A stretch of DNA of 59,870 nt from an uncultured bacterium (GCA_903873475.1 CAIQON010000235.1:1-59870); one strand, 5' to 3'; shown: positions 48,166-58,206, counted from the stretch's first letter. The notes: generated from the letters alone by a model not told the origin. Translations and numbers: made by a program.

Positions 48166-50810
48166 GGCTGCAGCGGCTCAAGGTCGAGCAGCTGCGCCAG
48201 TTCCGCGCGCCGTTCGAGATCGACGGCATCGAACCGGGGCTGAACCTGTTCGTCGGCGAGAACGAGGCGGGCAAGAGCACGCTGGTGCGGGCGATCCGCG
48301 CGGCCTTCTTCGAGCGGCATCGGTCGTCCACGGTCGAGGATCTTCGGCCGTGGGGCGAGGCCGCTGCGGCTCCGACCATCGAGCTCGACTTCACGGTGGG
48401 CGACACCGCCTTCCATCTGCGCAAGTCGTTCCTGCAGCGCAAGCGTTGCGAGCTGAAGTACGGGGCCTGCACGCTCGATGGCGAGGAGGCGGAACAGCAT
48501 CTCGCCGAACTGCTCGGTTTCGGCTTCTCCATCAAGGGTGCCAGCCGTCCCGAGCACTGGGGTATCCCCGGGCTGCTCTGGATCGAGCAGGGGCAGGGCC
48601 ACCTCATCAAGTCCTCGGTCGAGAACGCGGCCGACCACCTGCGCAAGGCACTGGACGCTTCGGTCGGCGAAGTCGCGAGCACGCAGGGCGACGCACTGAT
48701 CGCGAAGGTGCGAACCGAGCGCGACCTGCTGCTGACCCCGAAGGACGACAAGCCGCGCGGCGAACTGAAGCGTGCGCTCGACGAGCGCGACGAGTTGCAG
48801 GTGCAGCTGGCCGAGCTCGATGCGCGGATCGAGGCCTACCGCCGGCAGGTGGACCAGCTCGCCGCGCTGAAGGCGGAACACGCACTGGAGCAGGCGGCGC
48901 GGCCCTGGGATGCGCTGCGGCTGCTACAGCAGGCGGCGGAACAGGCGCTTGCCGCGAGCGAGGTCCTCGCGCAGCAACTCGACGCGGAGAAGGCATCGCT
49001 GCAGACGGTCGAGGATCGGCTGCAGTTGGTCGAGCAGCAACTGGCCGGCTTCGACGAAGACCGGCGTGCACTGGCGCAGCGCGAAGCCGGGCTGGCCGAG
49101 GCGGCGCAGCGCCTGGAAGCGGCGACGGCGATCGAGGCGCGTCGTGCCGGCGAACAGGCCCAGGCCGAAGCCGCCCGCGGCCTGACCGCGGCTGCGCTCG
49201 AGCGGGCACGCCACGACGACCTGCGCCGCGACCTGGCCGAGCGTGCGGCCGACGCCGACACGCGCATGCGTGAACTGGACACGCTGCTGCAGCGGGCCGT
49301 TGCGGAGCAGGCGCGCATCGAACAGCTGCGCCAGCAGGCCGCGGCCGCTGCCATTGATCCGGCGGACGTCGAACGGCTGCGCAGCCTGGCCGCGGAACTC
49401 GAGGCCCTGCGCATCCGGCAGCAGGTCGTGGCAACCCGGATCCGCTTCCGGCTCGTCGACGGCGCCCAGGTGACGCTCGCTGGGGAACCGCTGCAGGGTG
49501 AGGGTGAGCGTATGCTCACTTCGGCGGTATCAATTGAAATACCGGGAGGTCATCTTGAGGTCGTGCCCGGCGGCGATACGCTGGGCGCACTCGCACGGGA
49601 CGAGGCCGATGCCCGCGCTGCCTGCGATGCGCTGCTGCAGCGCTGCAGCGTGGTGACCGTCGCGGACGCTGAAGCCCGTCTGTCCGGGCACCGGCAGGCG
49701 CTGCAGGACGGTGCCCAGGCGGCGCGGACCCTGGCGAGCCTGGCGCCGAAGGGCATCGATGCACTGAAGGCCGACCGGGTCGGGCTGCTCGCCCGGATCG
49801 AGGTGGTGCAGCAGCAGATGGCGGCGCTTCCAGCGGACGAACGGGCGGCCGGCGACCAGGGCGTGAACGTATCGCTCGCCGAGGCCGAAGGCCGGCACCA
49901 GGCTGCGCGCGCCCAGGCCACGACGATCGGTACGCAGCTGGCCGAGGCGACGCAGTCGCGCCTGGTCGCGCATGAACAGCATGCCGCAGCGATCCGGGAG
50001 CACGCCCTGCTGCAGGTCCGTCTCGGCGCGGCCGACCGGCAGTCGCGCGAGCAGGATGCGGGCCGGCAACTGCTCGCCGCCCGTGCCGAGCGGCAGGCAT
50101 TGCTTGCGTCGATCGCGTCGAAGTCGGACGCGGTCGCGGGCACGCAGCCCGACATCCTGAGGCAGTCGGTGGAGCGGTTCCGGCGCAGCGCGGACCTCGC
50201 CGAGCGGGCGCACCAGGAGCGCGATCGCGACATCACGCGGCTCAACGGCATGCTGGAGGAGGCCGGCGCACAGGGCTTCGAGGAAGCCCGCGCCGCGCTG
50301 GCCGTGCGCCTCGAGGCCACACGGCGCCGCCAGCGCGAGCTCGACCTGCGCGCCAGGGCGCTGCACCTGCTGCTCGAGCGGCTCGAGGCGAGCCGCCGCG
50401 AACGTACGCGCCAGCTGCGCGCGCCGCTGCAGGCGCGCATCGACCACTACATCCGCCTGCTGTTTCCGAAGGCTGCGCTGGAGATCGGCGACGACCTGCT
50501 GCCCGGCCTGCTTACCCGTCCGGCGACGCAGGGCGAGGAGTCCGGCGCGGTCTCGGAACTCAGCCACGGCGCGCGCGAGCAGATGGGCGTGCTGACCCGC
50601 CTGGCCTATGCCGACCTGCTGCAGGAGGCCGGCCGCCCGACGCTCCTGATCCTCGACGATGCGCTGGTGCACAGCGATGCCCAGCGGCTCGACCGGATGA
50701 AGCGCGTGCTGTTCGATGCGGCGCAGCGCCACCAGGTGCTGCTGTTCACCTGCCATCCGGCGGCGTGGCGCGACATGGGCGTGGTGGCGCGTACGATCGC
50801 GCGCGGCTGA
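48162..50810 (+). CDS. SbcC/Rad50-like (YhaN-type) coiled-coil ATPase
   Basis: Walker A GENEAGKST, long coiled coil, LSHGAREQ signature, LILDDALVHSD Walker B, FTCH; ATGA overlap. Confidence 0.92.
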   Translation: MRLQRLKVEQLRQFRAPFEIDGIEPGLNLFVGENEAGKSTLVRAIRAAFFERHRSSTVEDLRPWGEAAAAPTIELDFTVGDTAFHLRKSFLQRKRCELKYGACTLDGEEAEQHLAELLGFGFSIKGASRPEHWGIPGLLWIEQGQGHLIKSSVENAADHLRKALDASVGEVASTQGDALIAKVRTERDLLLTPKDDKPRGELKRALDERDELQVQLAELDARIEAYRRQVDQLAALKAEHALEQAARPWDALRLLQQAAEQALAASEVLAQQLDAEKASLQTVEDRLQLVEQQLAGFDEDRRALAQREAGLAEAAQRLEAATAIEARRAGEQAQAEAARGLTAAALERARHDDLRRDLAERAADADTRMRELDTLLQRAVAEQARIEQLRQQAAAAAIDPADVERLRSLAAELEALRIRQQVVATRIRFRLVDGAQVTLAGEPLQGEGERMLTSAVSIEIPGGHLEVVPGGDTLGALARDEADARAACDALLQRCSVVTVADAEARLSGHRQALQDGAQAARTLASLAPKGIDALKADRVGLLARIEVVQQQMAALPADERAAGDQGVNVSLAEAEGRHQAARAQATTIGTQLAEATQSRLVAHEQHAAAIREHALLQVRLGAADRQSREQDAGRQLLAARAERQALLASIASKSDAVAGTQPDILRQSVERFRRSADLAERAHQERDRDITRLNGMLEEAGAQGFEEARAALAVRLEATRRRQRELDLRARALHLLLERLEASRRERTRQLRAPLQARIDHYIRLLFPKAALEIGDDLLPGLLTRPATQGEESGAVSELSHGAREQMGVLTRLAYADLLQEAGRPTLLILDDALVHSDAQRLDRMKRVLFDAAQRHQVLLFTCHPAAWRDMGVVARTIARG

Positions 50811-50876
50811 GGGCCGGCGCGCGGGTGGTACGCGCCTTGCTGGAGGGAGGTCCTGTCCGATACAGGGGAACTTCCC

Positions 50877-51881
50877 ATGCCTGCCCGCCGTCCTTCCTAC
50901 CGTTCTGCAATCCCGGCTGCCCTTGGGGCGGCCGCACTCCAGCTGCCCGCCGTGGTCCATGCGCAATCCACCGCCGCCGGCACCTATCCCGCGCGGCCAA
51001 TCCGCATGGTGGTGCCCTATGGTGCAGGCGGAGTGTCCGACATCCTCGGGCGCACCATCGCGGCGCGCATGTCGGAACTGCTGGCGCAGAACATCGTGGT
51101 CGACAACCGGGCCGGTGCCGGCGGCGTGGTCGGCTCCGAGTTCGTCGCCAAGGCAACGCCCGACGGCTACACGATCCTGTTCTCGAGCATCAGCGTGTAT
51201 TCGATCATCCCGCACATGCGCAGGCAGATGCCGTTCGACCCCGATACGGCCTTCACGCCGATCGGCGGCGTCGCGCAGTCCTCGACGATCATGGCGATCG
51301 GCAGTGCGCAGCCGATGAAGACGGTGAAGGAGGTGATCGAGCGCGCGAAATCCGGCAAGGGCAAGATCAGCTACGGCTCTTCGGGCATCGGCAGCGTCGG
51401 CCACCTCACCGGCGAAATCCTCGGGCAGCTGGCCGGGACCGAACTGCTGCACGTGCCGTTCAAGTCGGCTGCGATGGCCTATCCCGATGCGATGAACGGC
51501 ACCATCACCATGGTGATCGACTCGCTGCCCTCGGCGATGCAGCACCTGAAGTCGGGTTCGATGCGGCCGCTGGCGATGCTCTCGGCGGTGCGCGACCCGG
51601 CGATGCCGGACGTGCCGACGATCGCCGAGGCCGGTTTCCCGGAAGCGGTGCTCGTGTTCTGGTCCGGCCTGCACGGCCCGGCCGGGCTGACGGGCGCGGT
51701 CACCCAGCGGCTGGCCGAGGTGCTCGGCCGCTCGCTGCAGGCGCCCGAGCTGCGCGAGCGTTTCGCGGCGCTCGGCGCGCTGCCGCTGCCGATGACCGGC
51801 AAGGAACTGGCCAATCGCATCCGTACCGACCGCGAGCGGCTGGGCAAGGTGATGAAGGCAGCCGGAATACAGCCGGAGTAG
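50877..51881 (+). CDS. Bug/TctC substrate-binding protein (14)
   Basis: YPARPIRMVVPYGAGGVSD, DNRAGAGG, HVPFK. Confidence 0.93.
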   Translation: MPARRPSYRSAIPAALGAAALQLPAVVHAQSTAAGTYPARPIRMVVPYGAGGVSDILGRTIAARMSELLAQNIVVDNRAGAGGVVGSEFVAKATPDGYTILFSSISVYSIIPHMRRQMPFDPDTAFTPIGGVAQSSTIMAIGSAQPMKTVKEVIERAKSGKGKISYGSSGIGSVGHLTGEILGQLAGTELLHVPFKSAAMAYPDAMNGTITMVIDSLPSAMQHLKSGSMRPLAMLSAVRDPAMPDVPTIAEAGFPEAVLVFWSGLHGPAGLTGAVTQRLAEVLGRSLQAPELRERFAALGALPLPMTGKELANRIRTDRERLGKVMKAAGIQPE

Positions 51882-51936
51882 CGAGCCGCGCGCCGTAACC
51901 TGCTACCCTCGCCCGCTTCGAGGATGGCACGCGCAC

Positions 51937-53049
51937 ATGAGCAGCAAACCCGGCCGCAACGATCCCTGCCCCTGCGGCAGCGGACGCAAGTTCAAGCTCT
52001 GCCACGGCCGCGATCCCGGCCCGGAGGCGGCCGGCGACCGTTCGCATGTCGATGCCGGCCGGCGCGCGCTCGAGTGGATCGGCAATCGCCACCGCAAGGC
52101 GCTCGAACGCGAGACGACCGACCTGCTGTTCGAGGATCTCTGGCCCGAGGATGGTCCGCATCCCGAGGATGTCGATCCGCAGTTGATGCAGCAGATCATC
52201 ATCAACATCAACGAGTGGATGCTGGCCGCCGGATCGATCGAGATCCGGAAGGAGCTGCACCGGCTCAATGACATGGTCCTCGCCGATGGCGGGCCGCCAC
52301 TGAATCCTGCGCAGCGCGAGTACCTCCGGCAACTCGGGACCACCCCGCTCGGCCTCTACTACGTGACCGATGTCACCGCACGCGAAGGCGTGACGCTGGT
52401 CGATGCGCTCGCGCCCGGCCAGCCGCCGGTGTTCGTCAACGACGTGGCGCTCTCGGATACCGCCGATCCGGGCCTGCTGCTCGGTTGCCGCATCCTGAAG
52501 CTCGGCGATCGGCACGAGCTGTCCGGGTCGGTCTATCCGTTCCCGGAACTCGGTGCGGGCCACGCCATCGACGGCGTGCGCGAGCACCTGGCACACGAGG
52601 ACATCCCAGCGGAAGAGCGCATTTACGAGCAGGGCTGGGCGATCATGGCGATCTGGCTCGACCATGTACTGATGCCGGTCGAACCGTCGGAACTCCGGGA
52701 CGCATCGACCGGCGAGCCCCTGGTGTTCGTCACCGACCACTACCGCGTGCCTGATGCCGGTGCGCTGAAGGCCTTGCTCGATGCGTGTCCCGAACTCGAG
52801 GCCGATGGCCATGGTGGCTGGGTGAAGCTCTCCGTCGCGGAAGACGGCACCCGGCGTGCGGCCCTGCATGTCCATCCGGGCAAGGTCGCGTCGCGGCTGG
52901 AAGTGTTCTATCGCACCGAGGCACTGGCCGACGAAGGCCGGCCGTGGTTCGAGGGCGTGGCCCGCGATTCGGTGAAGCACCTCAGCCGGGATCGCACCGA
53001 CCCGCTCGAAGCGCTGCGTGGCGGGCTCGAGCAGGACGACGACCGCTGA
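51937..53049 (+). CDS. SEC-C motif-containing hypothetical protein
   Basis: N-terminal GRNDPCPCGSGRKFKLCHG; remainder not recognised. Confidence 0.85.
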   Translation: MSSKPGRNDPCPCGSGRKFKLCHGRDPGPEAAGDRSHVDAGRRALEWIGNRHRKALERETTDLLFEDLWPEDGPHPEDVDPQLMQQIIININEWMLAAGSIEIRKELHRLNDMVLADGGPPLNPAQREYLRQLGTTPLGLYYVTDVTAREGVTLVDALAPGQPPVFVNDVALSDTADPGLLLGCRILKLGDRHELSGSVYPFPELGAGHAIDGVREHLAHEDIPAEERIYEQGWAIMAIWLDHVLMPVEPSELRDASTGEPLVFVTDHYRVPDAGALKALLDACPELEADGHGGWVKLSVAEDGTRRAALHVHPGKVASRLEVFYRTEALADEGRPWFEGVARDSVKHLSRDRTDPLEALRGGLEQDDDR

Positions 53050-53053
53050 GGCT

Positions 53054-54052
53054 TCACTCGGGCTGGAGGCCTGCCGCCTTCGCGATCGCCGCGAACTTCG
53101 GCACTTCCGCGCGCATGAACGATGCGAACTCGTCCGGCGTGCTGCTCACCGGGTCGAGACCCTGGGCATCGAGGAACTTGCGCATCTCGGGTTCGGCCAC
53201 CATCCTGCGCAGTGCATCGTTCAGGGTGTCGACGATCGGCTTCGGTACGCCAGCCGATGACACCAGCCCGAACCAGGTCGTGATGTCGTAGCCGGGCAGC
53301 CCCGACTCGGCTACTGTCGGTACGTCCTTCAGCTGGCTGGAGCGCGTGCGTCCGGTCACCGCGAGCGCACGCAGCTTGCCGTTGCGCGCATAGGGCAGCG
53401 CACCGGAAATGCCGCCGAAGTAGAAGTCGATCTGGCCGCCCATCAGGTCGGCCAGCACCGGGGCCGCACCCTTGTACGGCACATGCAGCACGTCGACCTT
53501 CGCCATCGCCTTGAACAGCTCGCCGGCCAGGTGCGGCGGCGCGCCCACGCCCGAGGAGCCGTAGGTCATCTGCCCGGGGCGGCTGCGCGCGAGCGCGATG
53601 AGTTCCTTCACGTTCTTCGCCGGCACCGATGGATGCGAGACCAGCAGGTACTGGTTCTGCGCGACCAGCCCGATCGCGGTGAAGTCGCGGTTCACGTCGT
53701 AGCCGAGCTTCTTGTAGAGGCTGGGCCCGATGGTGACGAAGCTGCCGGCGAGCAGCAGGCTGTAGCCGTCGGGCGCCGAGCGCGCAATGTTCTCCGCGGC
53801 GATGTGGCCACCCGCACCGGCACGGTTGTCGATCACCACCGGCTGGCCCAGCATCTCGGACAGGCGGCGGCCGACCGCGCGGGTGACGATATCGCTCGGC
53901 CCGCCAGCCGGGAAGGCGGCGACGAAGCGGATGGGCTTTGCCGGGAACGCCTGTGCCGACACGGCCAGCGGCAGCAACAGCGGCGCTGCCGCGCAGCAGA
54001 TCGCGAGCATCGCCGCTGTCGGCAAAGGGGATACGGTGGTCAGGGGTTTCAT
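53054..54052 (-). CDS. Bug/TctC substrate-binding protein (15)
   Basis: FPAKPIRFVAAFPAGGPSD, DNRAGAGG, HVPYKG; TGATG coupling to the upstream gene. Confidence 0.93.
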   Translation of the reverse strand: MKPLTTVSPLPTAAMLAICCAAAPLLLPLAVSAQAFPAKPIRFVAAFPAGGPSDIVTRAVGRRLSEMLGQPVVIDNRAGAGGHIAAENIARSAPDGYSLLLAGSFVTIGPSLYKKLGYDVNRDFTAIGLVAQNQYLLVSHPSVPAKNVKELIALARSRPGQMTYGSSGVGAPPHLAGELFKAMAKVDVLHVPYKGAAPVLADLMGGQIDFYFGGISGALPYARNGKLRALAVTGRTRSSQLKDVPTVAESGLPGYDITTWFGLVSSAGVPKPIVDTLNDALRRMVAEPEMRKFLDAQGLDPVSSTPDEFASFMRAEVPKFAAIAKAAGLQPE

Positions 54053-55428
54053 CAGTCGTGTACCGGCTTCATCTGTGGCGGGAAGTCCGGCTCGAGCGGC
54101 ACGCGGAATGCGTTGACGATCGAGCCGAGCCCGAGGAAGTAGGCGCAGGTGATCGTGAGATCGGTGATGCACCGATCGCCCAGCTTCTGCTGCACCGAAG
54201 CGAAGGTGTCGTCGTCGACCTGGCCGTGGTGCCTGAACGCGCGCGCATAGGCGATGGCCGCCTTCTCCGTGTCGTCGGTCGTCGCCGGTACCTCGCCGGC
54301 GTTCAGCGCATCGAGTTCGGCCTGCGTGATGCCGGCCTTGCGTGCGGACGGCACATGGTGCGTCCAGGCGTACTGGTTGCCGCGCGCCATCGACAGGATC
54401 GCGAACTCGCGCGGCCGGCCCGACAGCGAGCTGCGGTAGCGCACGTACTCGCCCAGCGCAGCGAAGCAGCCGAGCCCGTCGGGCGCGTGGCCCATGCTGG
54501 CCAGGATGCCGGAGACGTAGCCGCGGGTGGCGGTGATGCGGTCGTAGACGAGCGCGAGCTCGGCGCTCTGCGCCGGATCTGCGGGCGTGATGCGCGGCGC
54601 AGCGCCGTCGGTCGCCGCCGGCCGCCCCAGGCCCGACAGGAAGCCGCGCAGCACGCGCGAGCACTCGTCCGGTATCTGCGCCGTCATGCCATGGCCACCG
54701 CCCGGGATGCCGACATAGGTGCAGTGGCGCAGGTGGGTGCGCATCAGCGCGTACTCGCTGTCCTCGACCGAAGGATCGGGCTCGGGCACGCACATCAGCA
54801 CCGGGAACTCGAAGGCTGCGAGTTTCTCCGGGAAGTAGTGGCTGGCCAGCAGCGGCACGAAGCGGCCGAGGAACTCGGGCGTCACGCCCTCCGCCGTATC
54901 GAGGTACCAGCGGATCATCTCGGGTGAGGCCTCGCCGATCCGGTCATGGACGGTCTCGTTCAGGAAATGGCGCACGCCGTTCCTGCCGACCCGCTCGAGC
55001 CAGTTGCCCTTCTTCGGCCGCGACGGATGGATGCCAGGCGTGGCGGCGAACAGCGCCAGCGAGGCGAAGCGCGACGGCGCCTGCAGCGCCGCGTCCATCG
55101 CGATGATGCCGCCCGCGGACGAGCCCATCACATGCGCCTGGGCGATGCCCAGATGATCGAACAGTTCGAGCAGGTCGAGCCCGAGCCGCTCCAGCGTCAG
55201 CGGCTGGTCGAGGCCGGCGTCGGACCGGCCGTGGCCGCGCAGGTCGGGCCGTACCACGCGGTAATCGCGCGCGAAATGGGGAACCCAGGCCTGCAGCCGC
55301 TCGGCGCTGCCCATGCCCGGATGTATCAGCACCAGCACCGGGGCTGGCTTCCAGGCGTCGGTGAAGTCGTCGACGCGATAGGCGAGGCGCACGCCGTCGC
55401 TGGCAGTGAAGTACTCCGGTGCGGTCAT
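54052..55428 (-). CDS. Alpha/beta hydrolase fused to a carboxymuconolactone decarboxylase (CMD/AhpD-like) domain
   Basis: HPGMG, DLRGHGRS, GSSAG, GGGH; C-terminal REFAIL..ARGNQYAWTHH..ARKAGIT and EKAAIAYA. Confidence 0.85.
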   Translation of the reverse strand: MTAPEYFTASDGVRLAYRVDDFTDAWKPAPVLVLIHPGMGSAERLQAWVPHFARDYRVVRPDLRGHGRSDAGLDQPLTLERLGLDLLELFDHLGIAQAHVMGSSAGGIIAMDAALQAPSRFASLALFAATPGIHPSRPKKGNWLERVGRNGVRHFLNETVHDRIGEASPEMIRWYLDTAEGVTPEFLGRFVPLLASHYFPEKLAAFEFPVLMCVPEPDPSVEDSEYALMRTHLRHCTYVGIPGGGHGMTAQIPDECSRVLRGFLSGLGRPAATDGAAPRITPADPAQSAELALVYDRITATRGYVSGILASMGHAPDGLGCFAALGEYVRYRSSLSGRPREFAILSMARGNQYAWTHHVPSARKAGITQAELDALNAGEVPATTDDTEKAAIAYARAFRHHGQVDDDTFASVQQKLGDRCITDLTITCAYFLGLGSIVNAFRVPLEPDFPPQMKPVHD

Positions 55429-55436
55429 CGCCAGCC

Positions 55437-55853
55437 TCAGTGCGCGTCGTCGGCCAGTTGCGCCAGTTCGACCAGGCAGTTGCCGGTGGCCGACGGGTCG
55501 AGGAAGGCGATGCGCGCGCCGCCATGGCCGATGCGCGGCACCGCGTCGAGCAGCGGGATACCCTTGGCCTTGAGTTCCTCGAGCGCCTCGTCGATGTCCT
55601 CGACCTCGAAGCAGATATGGTTCAGGCCGCCCTTGCCTTCGGCGACCATCTTTGCCTGCTTGCTGTCGGGCGTCGTGCCGGCGATCAGTTCGACCATCGA
55701 ATCGCCGACCGGGTAGAACGCGAGCTCGACCGGACGACCGGGCATCTTCTCGGTGCCGGTGAGCTTGATGCCGAAGCAGTCTTCCCAGAGCGCGCGGCTC
55801 TGCTCGAGGTTTCCGACGACGATGCCGACGTGTTCGATGCGCTTGATCTTCAT
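55437..55853 (-). CDS. mce: Methylmalonyl-CoA epimerase-like VOC family protein
   Basis: IEHVGIVV, VELI, GGLNHICFEVEDI, IAFLDP..TGNCLVELAQ. Confidence 0.78.
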   Translation of the reverse strand: MKIKRIEHVGIVVGNLEQSRALWEDCFGIKLTGTEKMPGRPVELAFYPVGDSMVELIAGTTPDSKQAKMVAEGKGGLNHICFEVEDIDEALEELKAKGIPLLDAVPRIGHGGARIAFLDPSATGNCLVELAQLADDAH

Positions 55854-55958
55854 GGAGGGCCCGGTGCGATCGCAGGTGCGGTGAAGGAGGCGGTGATAGT
55901 GCGCCTCGGGTGGATCATTTTCAACGGCACGGCCATGCGTGCGCAGTCCCGGCGCAGC

Positions 55959-57284
55959 TCACACCCGTGCCAGCACGCCCGCATCGGTGGCTGTCTCCAG
56001 ATTCCACATCAACCCGATCATGCGGCTGGCGTCCGCGTCGTGCCTCCCGTATGCCACCAGGCTGCGGAACTTCTCCTCGAGCTCGGCATCGGTCAGCGGC
56101 ACTTCCGCGCTGCCCTTTGCATGTTCGATGAAGGTCTCGTGCCGGGTGCCGTCCTTCATCACCACGCACACCGATGCGGCATCCTTCGCCATCGTGTCCG
56201 AGCAGAGCAGCCGGGCACGGCGGCGCATATCCGTCACGGCCAGGTCGCGTACCACCGCATCGGTGAACTGCTGTACGCCGGCCGCACCCTGCACCATCGC
56301 CACGGCGATGCAGTGCTCCGCGGATACCTTCGAACGCATGCCGTCGGCCGGCTCCGGGCGTGACATGATGACCTGCACCGCCGGGTTCACGGTGACCTCG
56401 ACGCAGTCGATGTCGCCCGCGCGGATGGCGTGGCGCTCGCGCAGCAGCAGGCAGCCGTCGATCACCGGATGCACGACGATGCCGCAGGGATAGGGCTTGA
56501 ACGCATTGGCCGCGAGCTCCCAGGTCACGCCGAGCGTGTCGGTGAGCGCGGACCAGTCGCAGCGGGTCGTGAATGCGTTGCCGAAGCCGCGCGGTGCCTC
56601 TAGCGCGCAGGCGGAACTGGCGATGCCCCTGGAGGCGTACCACGCAGCCATGAAGCCGCTGCGTGCGGCGTGGCCCATGTTGAACATGCGGGTCGGGCTG
56701 CCCAGCATCTCCGACAACCCGGCCGACTGGCTGGCCGCCATGCCGATCGCATAGGCGGCCTGCGTCTCGTCGAGCCTGAGCAGCCGCGCGCAGGCCGCCG
56801 CAGCGCCGATCACGCCGCAGGTCGAGGTGACATGCCATCCGCCAGCGTAGTGCTCCGGCGAGATCGCGTTGCCGACCTTGCATGCCGCCTCGATGCCGAT
56901 GACGAACGCATGCATGAAGGCCTCGCCCGGAACCTGCAGGTGCTCTGCCAGCGCCAGCGTGGCCGAGGCTACCGGTACCGACGGATGGATCACCGTCTGC
57001 AGGTGGGTATCGTCGAAGTCGAGCACGCTCGAGGACACGCCGTTGATCACGGCGGCGGTGGCCACATCGAAGCGGCGCCCGCGATTGATCACCGTCGCCT
57101 GCCCCGGCCCGGAGAACGTAGCCAGTGACTCGATCGCCAGTTCGACCGAGGGTGCGTTCGAACCGCCGATCGCGCAGCCCAGCCAGTTGAGCAGCGAGCG
57201 CTTCGCGTCATGCCGGACGCTGTCCGGGACGTCGGCCCAGCTCGAGGCCGCGATGAAGCGGGCGAGCCGGGCTGTCGCGCTCAT
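55959..57284 (-). CDS. MmgE/PrpD family protein
   Basis: INGVSSSVLDFDDTH, IHPS, GWHVT, FKPYPCGIVVHP, AKGS...LEEKF. Confidence 0.93.
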   Translation of the reverse strand: MSATARLARFIAASSWADVPDSVRHDAKRSLLNWLGCAIGGSNAPSVELAIESLATFSGPGQATVINRGRRFDVATAAVINGVSSSVLDFDDTHLQTVIHPSVPVASATLALAEHLQVPGEAFMHAFVIGIEAACKVGNAISPEHYAGGWHVTSTCGVIGAAAACARLLRLDETQAAYAIGMAASQSAGLSEMLGSPTRMFNMGHAARSGFMAAWYASRGIASSACALEAPRGFGNAFTTRCDWSALTDTLGVTWELAANAFKPYPCGIVVHPVIDGCLLLRERHAIRAGDIDCVEVTVNPAVQVIMSRPEPADGMRSKVSAEHCIAVAMVQGAAGVQQFTDAVVRDLAVTDMRRRARLLCSDTMAKDAASVCVVMKDGTRHETFIEHAKGSAEVPLTDAELEEKFRSLVAYGRHDADASRMIGLMWNLETATDAGVLARV

Positions 57285-58177
57285 CGCGCGTGCAGCTGCT
57301 GTTCGGCGGGCAGCGCGGCGTAGTGCGCGGCGATGTCCTTCGGCATCGCTACCCAGACATCGTCGCGGTGCGACAGCATGTGCTGCAGCGCCCGCCGCAG
57401 CCGGGCCAGCCGGTAGGGTTGCCCGACGACGAAGGTATGGATCGAGATCGCGTAGACGAGTGGCGTGTCCTTCGAATTGCGCAGCATCTCGTCGAAGTTG
57501 TCGACCAGCATCTCGGCATACTCCGCGCCGGTGTTGCGCCGGTAGACGACGGCGGGCTGGTCGTTGAGTTCGATCGGATAGGGCATCGCCAGCATGCTTC
57601 CGGTCGCCGACTTCACCCAGAACGGCTGCTCGTCGCAGATGCCCCAGTCCATGCAGTACTGGTAGCCGCTCTCGGCCAGCAGATCGGTCGTGTGCTCGCT
57701 CGGCGTGAGGTAGGGCGACATCCAGCCCACCGGCTTGACGCCGTTGCGCGCGGTGAAGGTACGGGTGACGTCCTGCACCATCTCGCGCTCCTGCTCGAGC
57801 GTCATCTCGATCTGGCGCTCGACCTGGTTGCGGCCGTGCGCGATCAGTTCGTCGCCGCGCTTCACGTGCGCCTCGAGCACCTCGGGGCAGTGGTCGTAGA
57901 TCGCGGTGTTCGCGATCACGCCCACCGGCAGGGCGAGTTCATCGAACAGGTTCATCAGCCGCCAGGCGCCGACGCGGTTGCCGTATTCGCGCCACAGCCA
58001 GCTGCGCTGGCTCCAGGGCAGCGTCGGACGGTCGAGGTCGGGGCCGGAGTTCTGGCCCCAGGGGAAGTGCTCGACGTTGACCGAAACGTAGAGCGCGAGG
58101 CGCTTGCCGCCGGGCCAGGTGAACGCGGGCCTGCGCGAGACCGGCGAATAGCCGAACCGGTCGGGTTCCTTCAGCAT
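57281..58177 (-). CDS. Polysaccharide deacetylase family protein (PuuE/allantoinase-like)
   Basis: WPGGKRLA, NVEHF, REYGNRVGAWR, AHG, GWMSP, CDEQP, SIHTFVVGQP. Confidence 0.9.
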   Translation of the reverse strand: MLKEPDRFGYSPVSRRPAFTWPGGKRLALYVSVNVEHFPWGQNSGPDLDRPTLPWSQRSWLWREYGNRVGAWRLMNLFDELALPVGVIANTAIYDHCPEVLEAHVKRGDELIAHGRNQVERQIEMTLEQEREMVQDVTRTFTARNGVKPVGWMSPYLTPSEHTTDLLAESGYQYCMDWGICDEQPFWVKSATGSMLAMPYPIELNDQPAVVYRRNTGAEYAEMLVDNFDEMLRNSKDTPLVYAISIHTFVVGQPYRLARLRRALQHMLSHRDDVWVAMPKDIAAHYAALPAEQQLHAR

Positions 58178-58206
58178 GGTGTCCTCGGTGTGTTGTTCGG
58201 GGTGGT

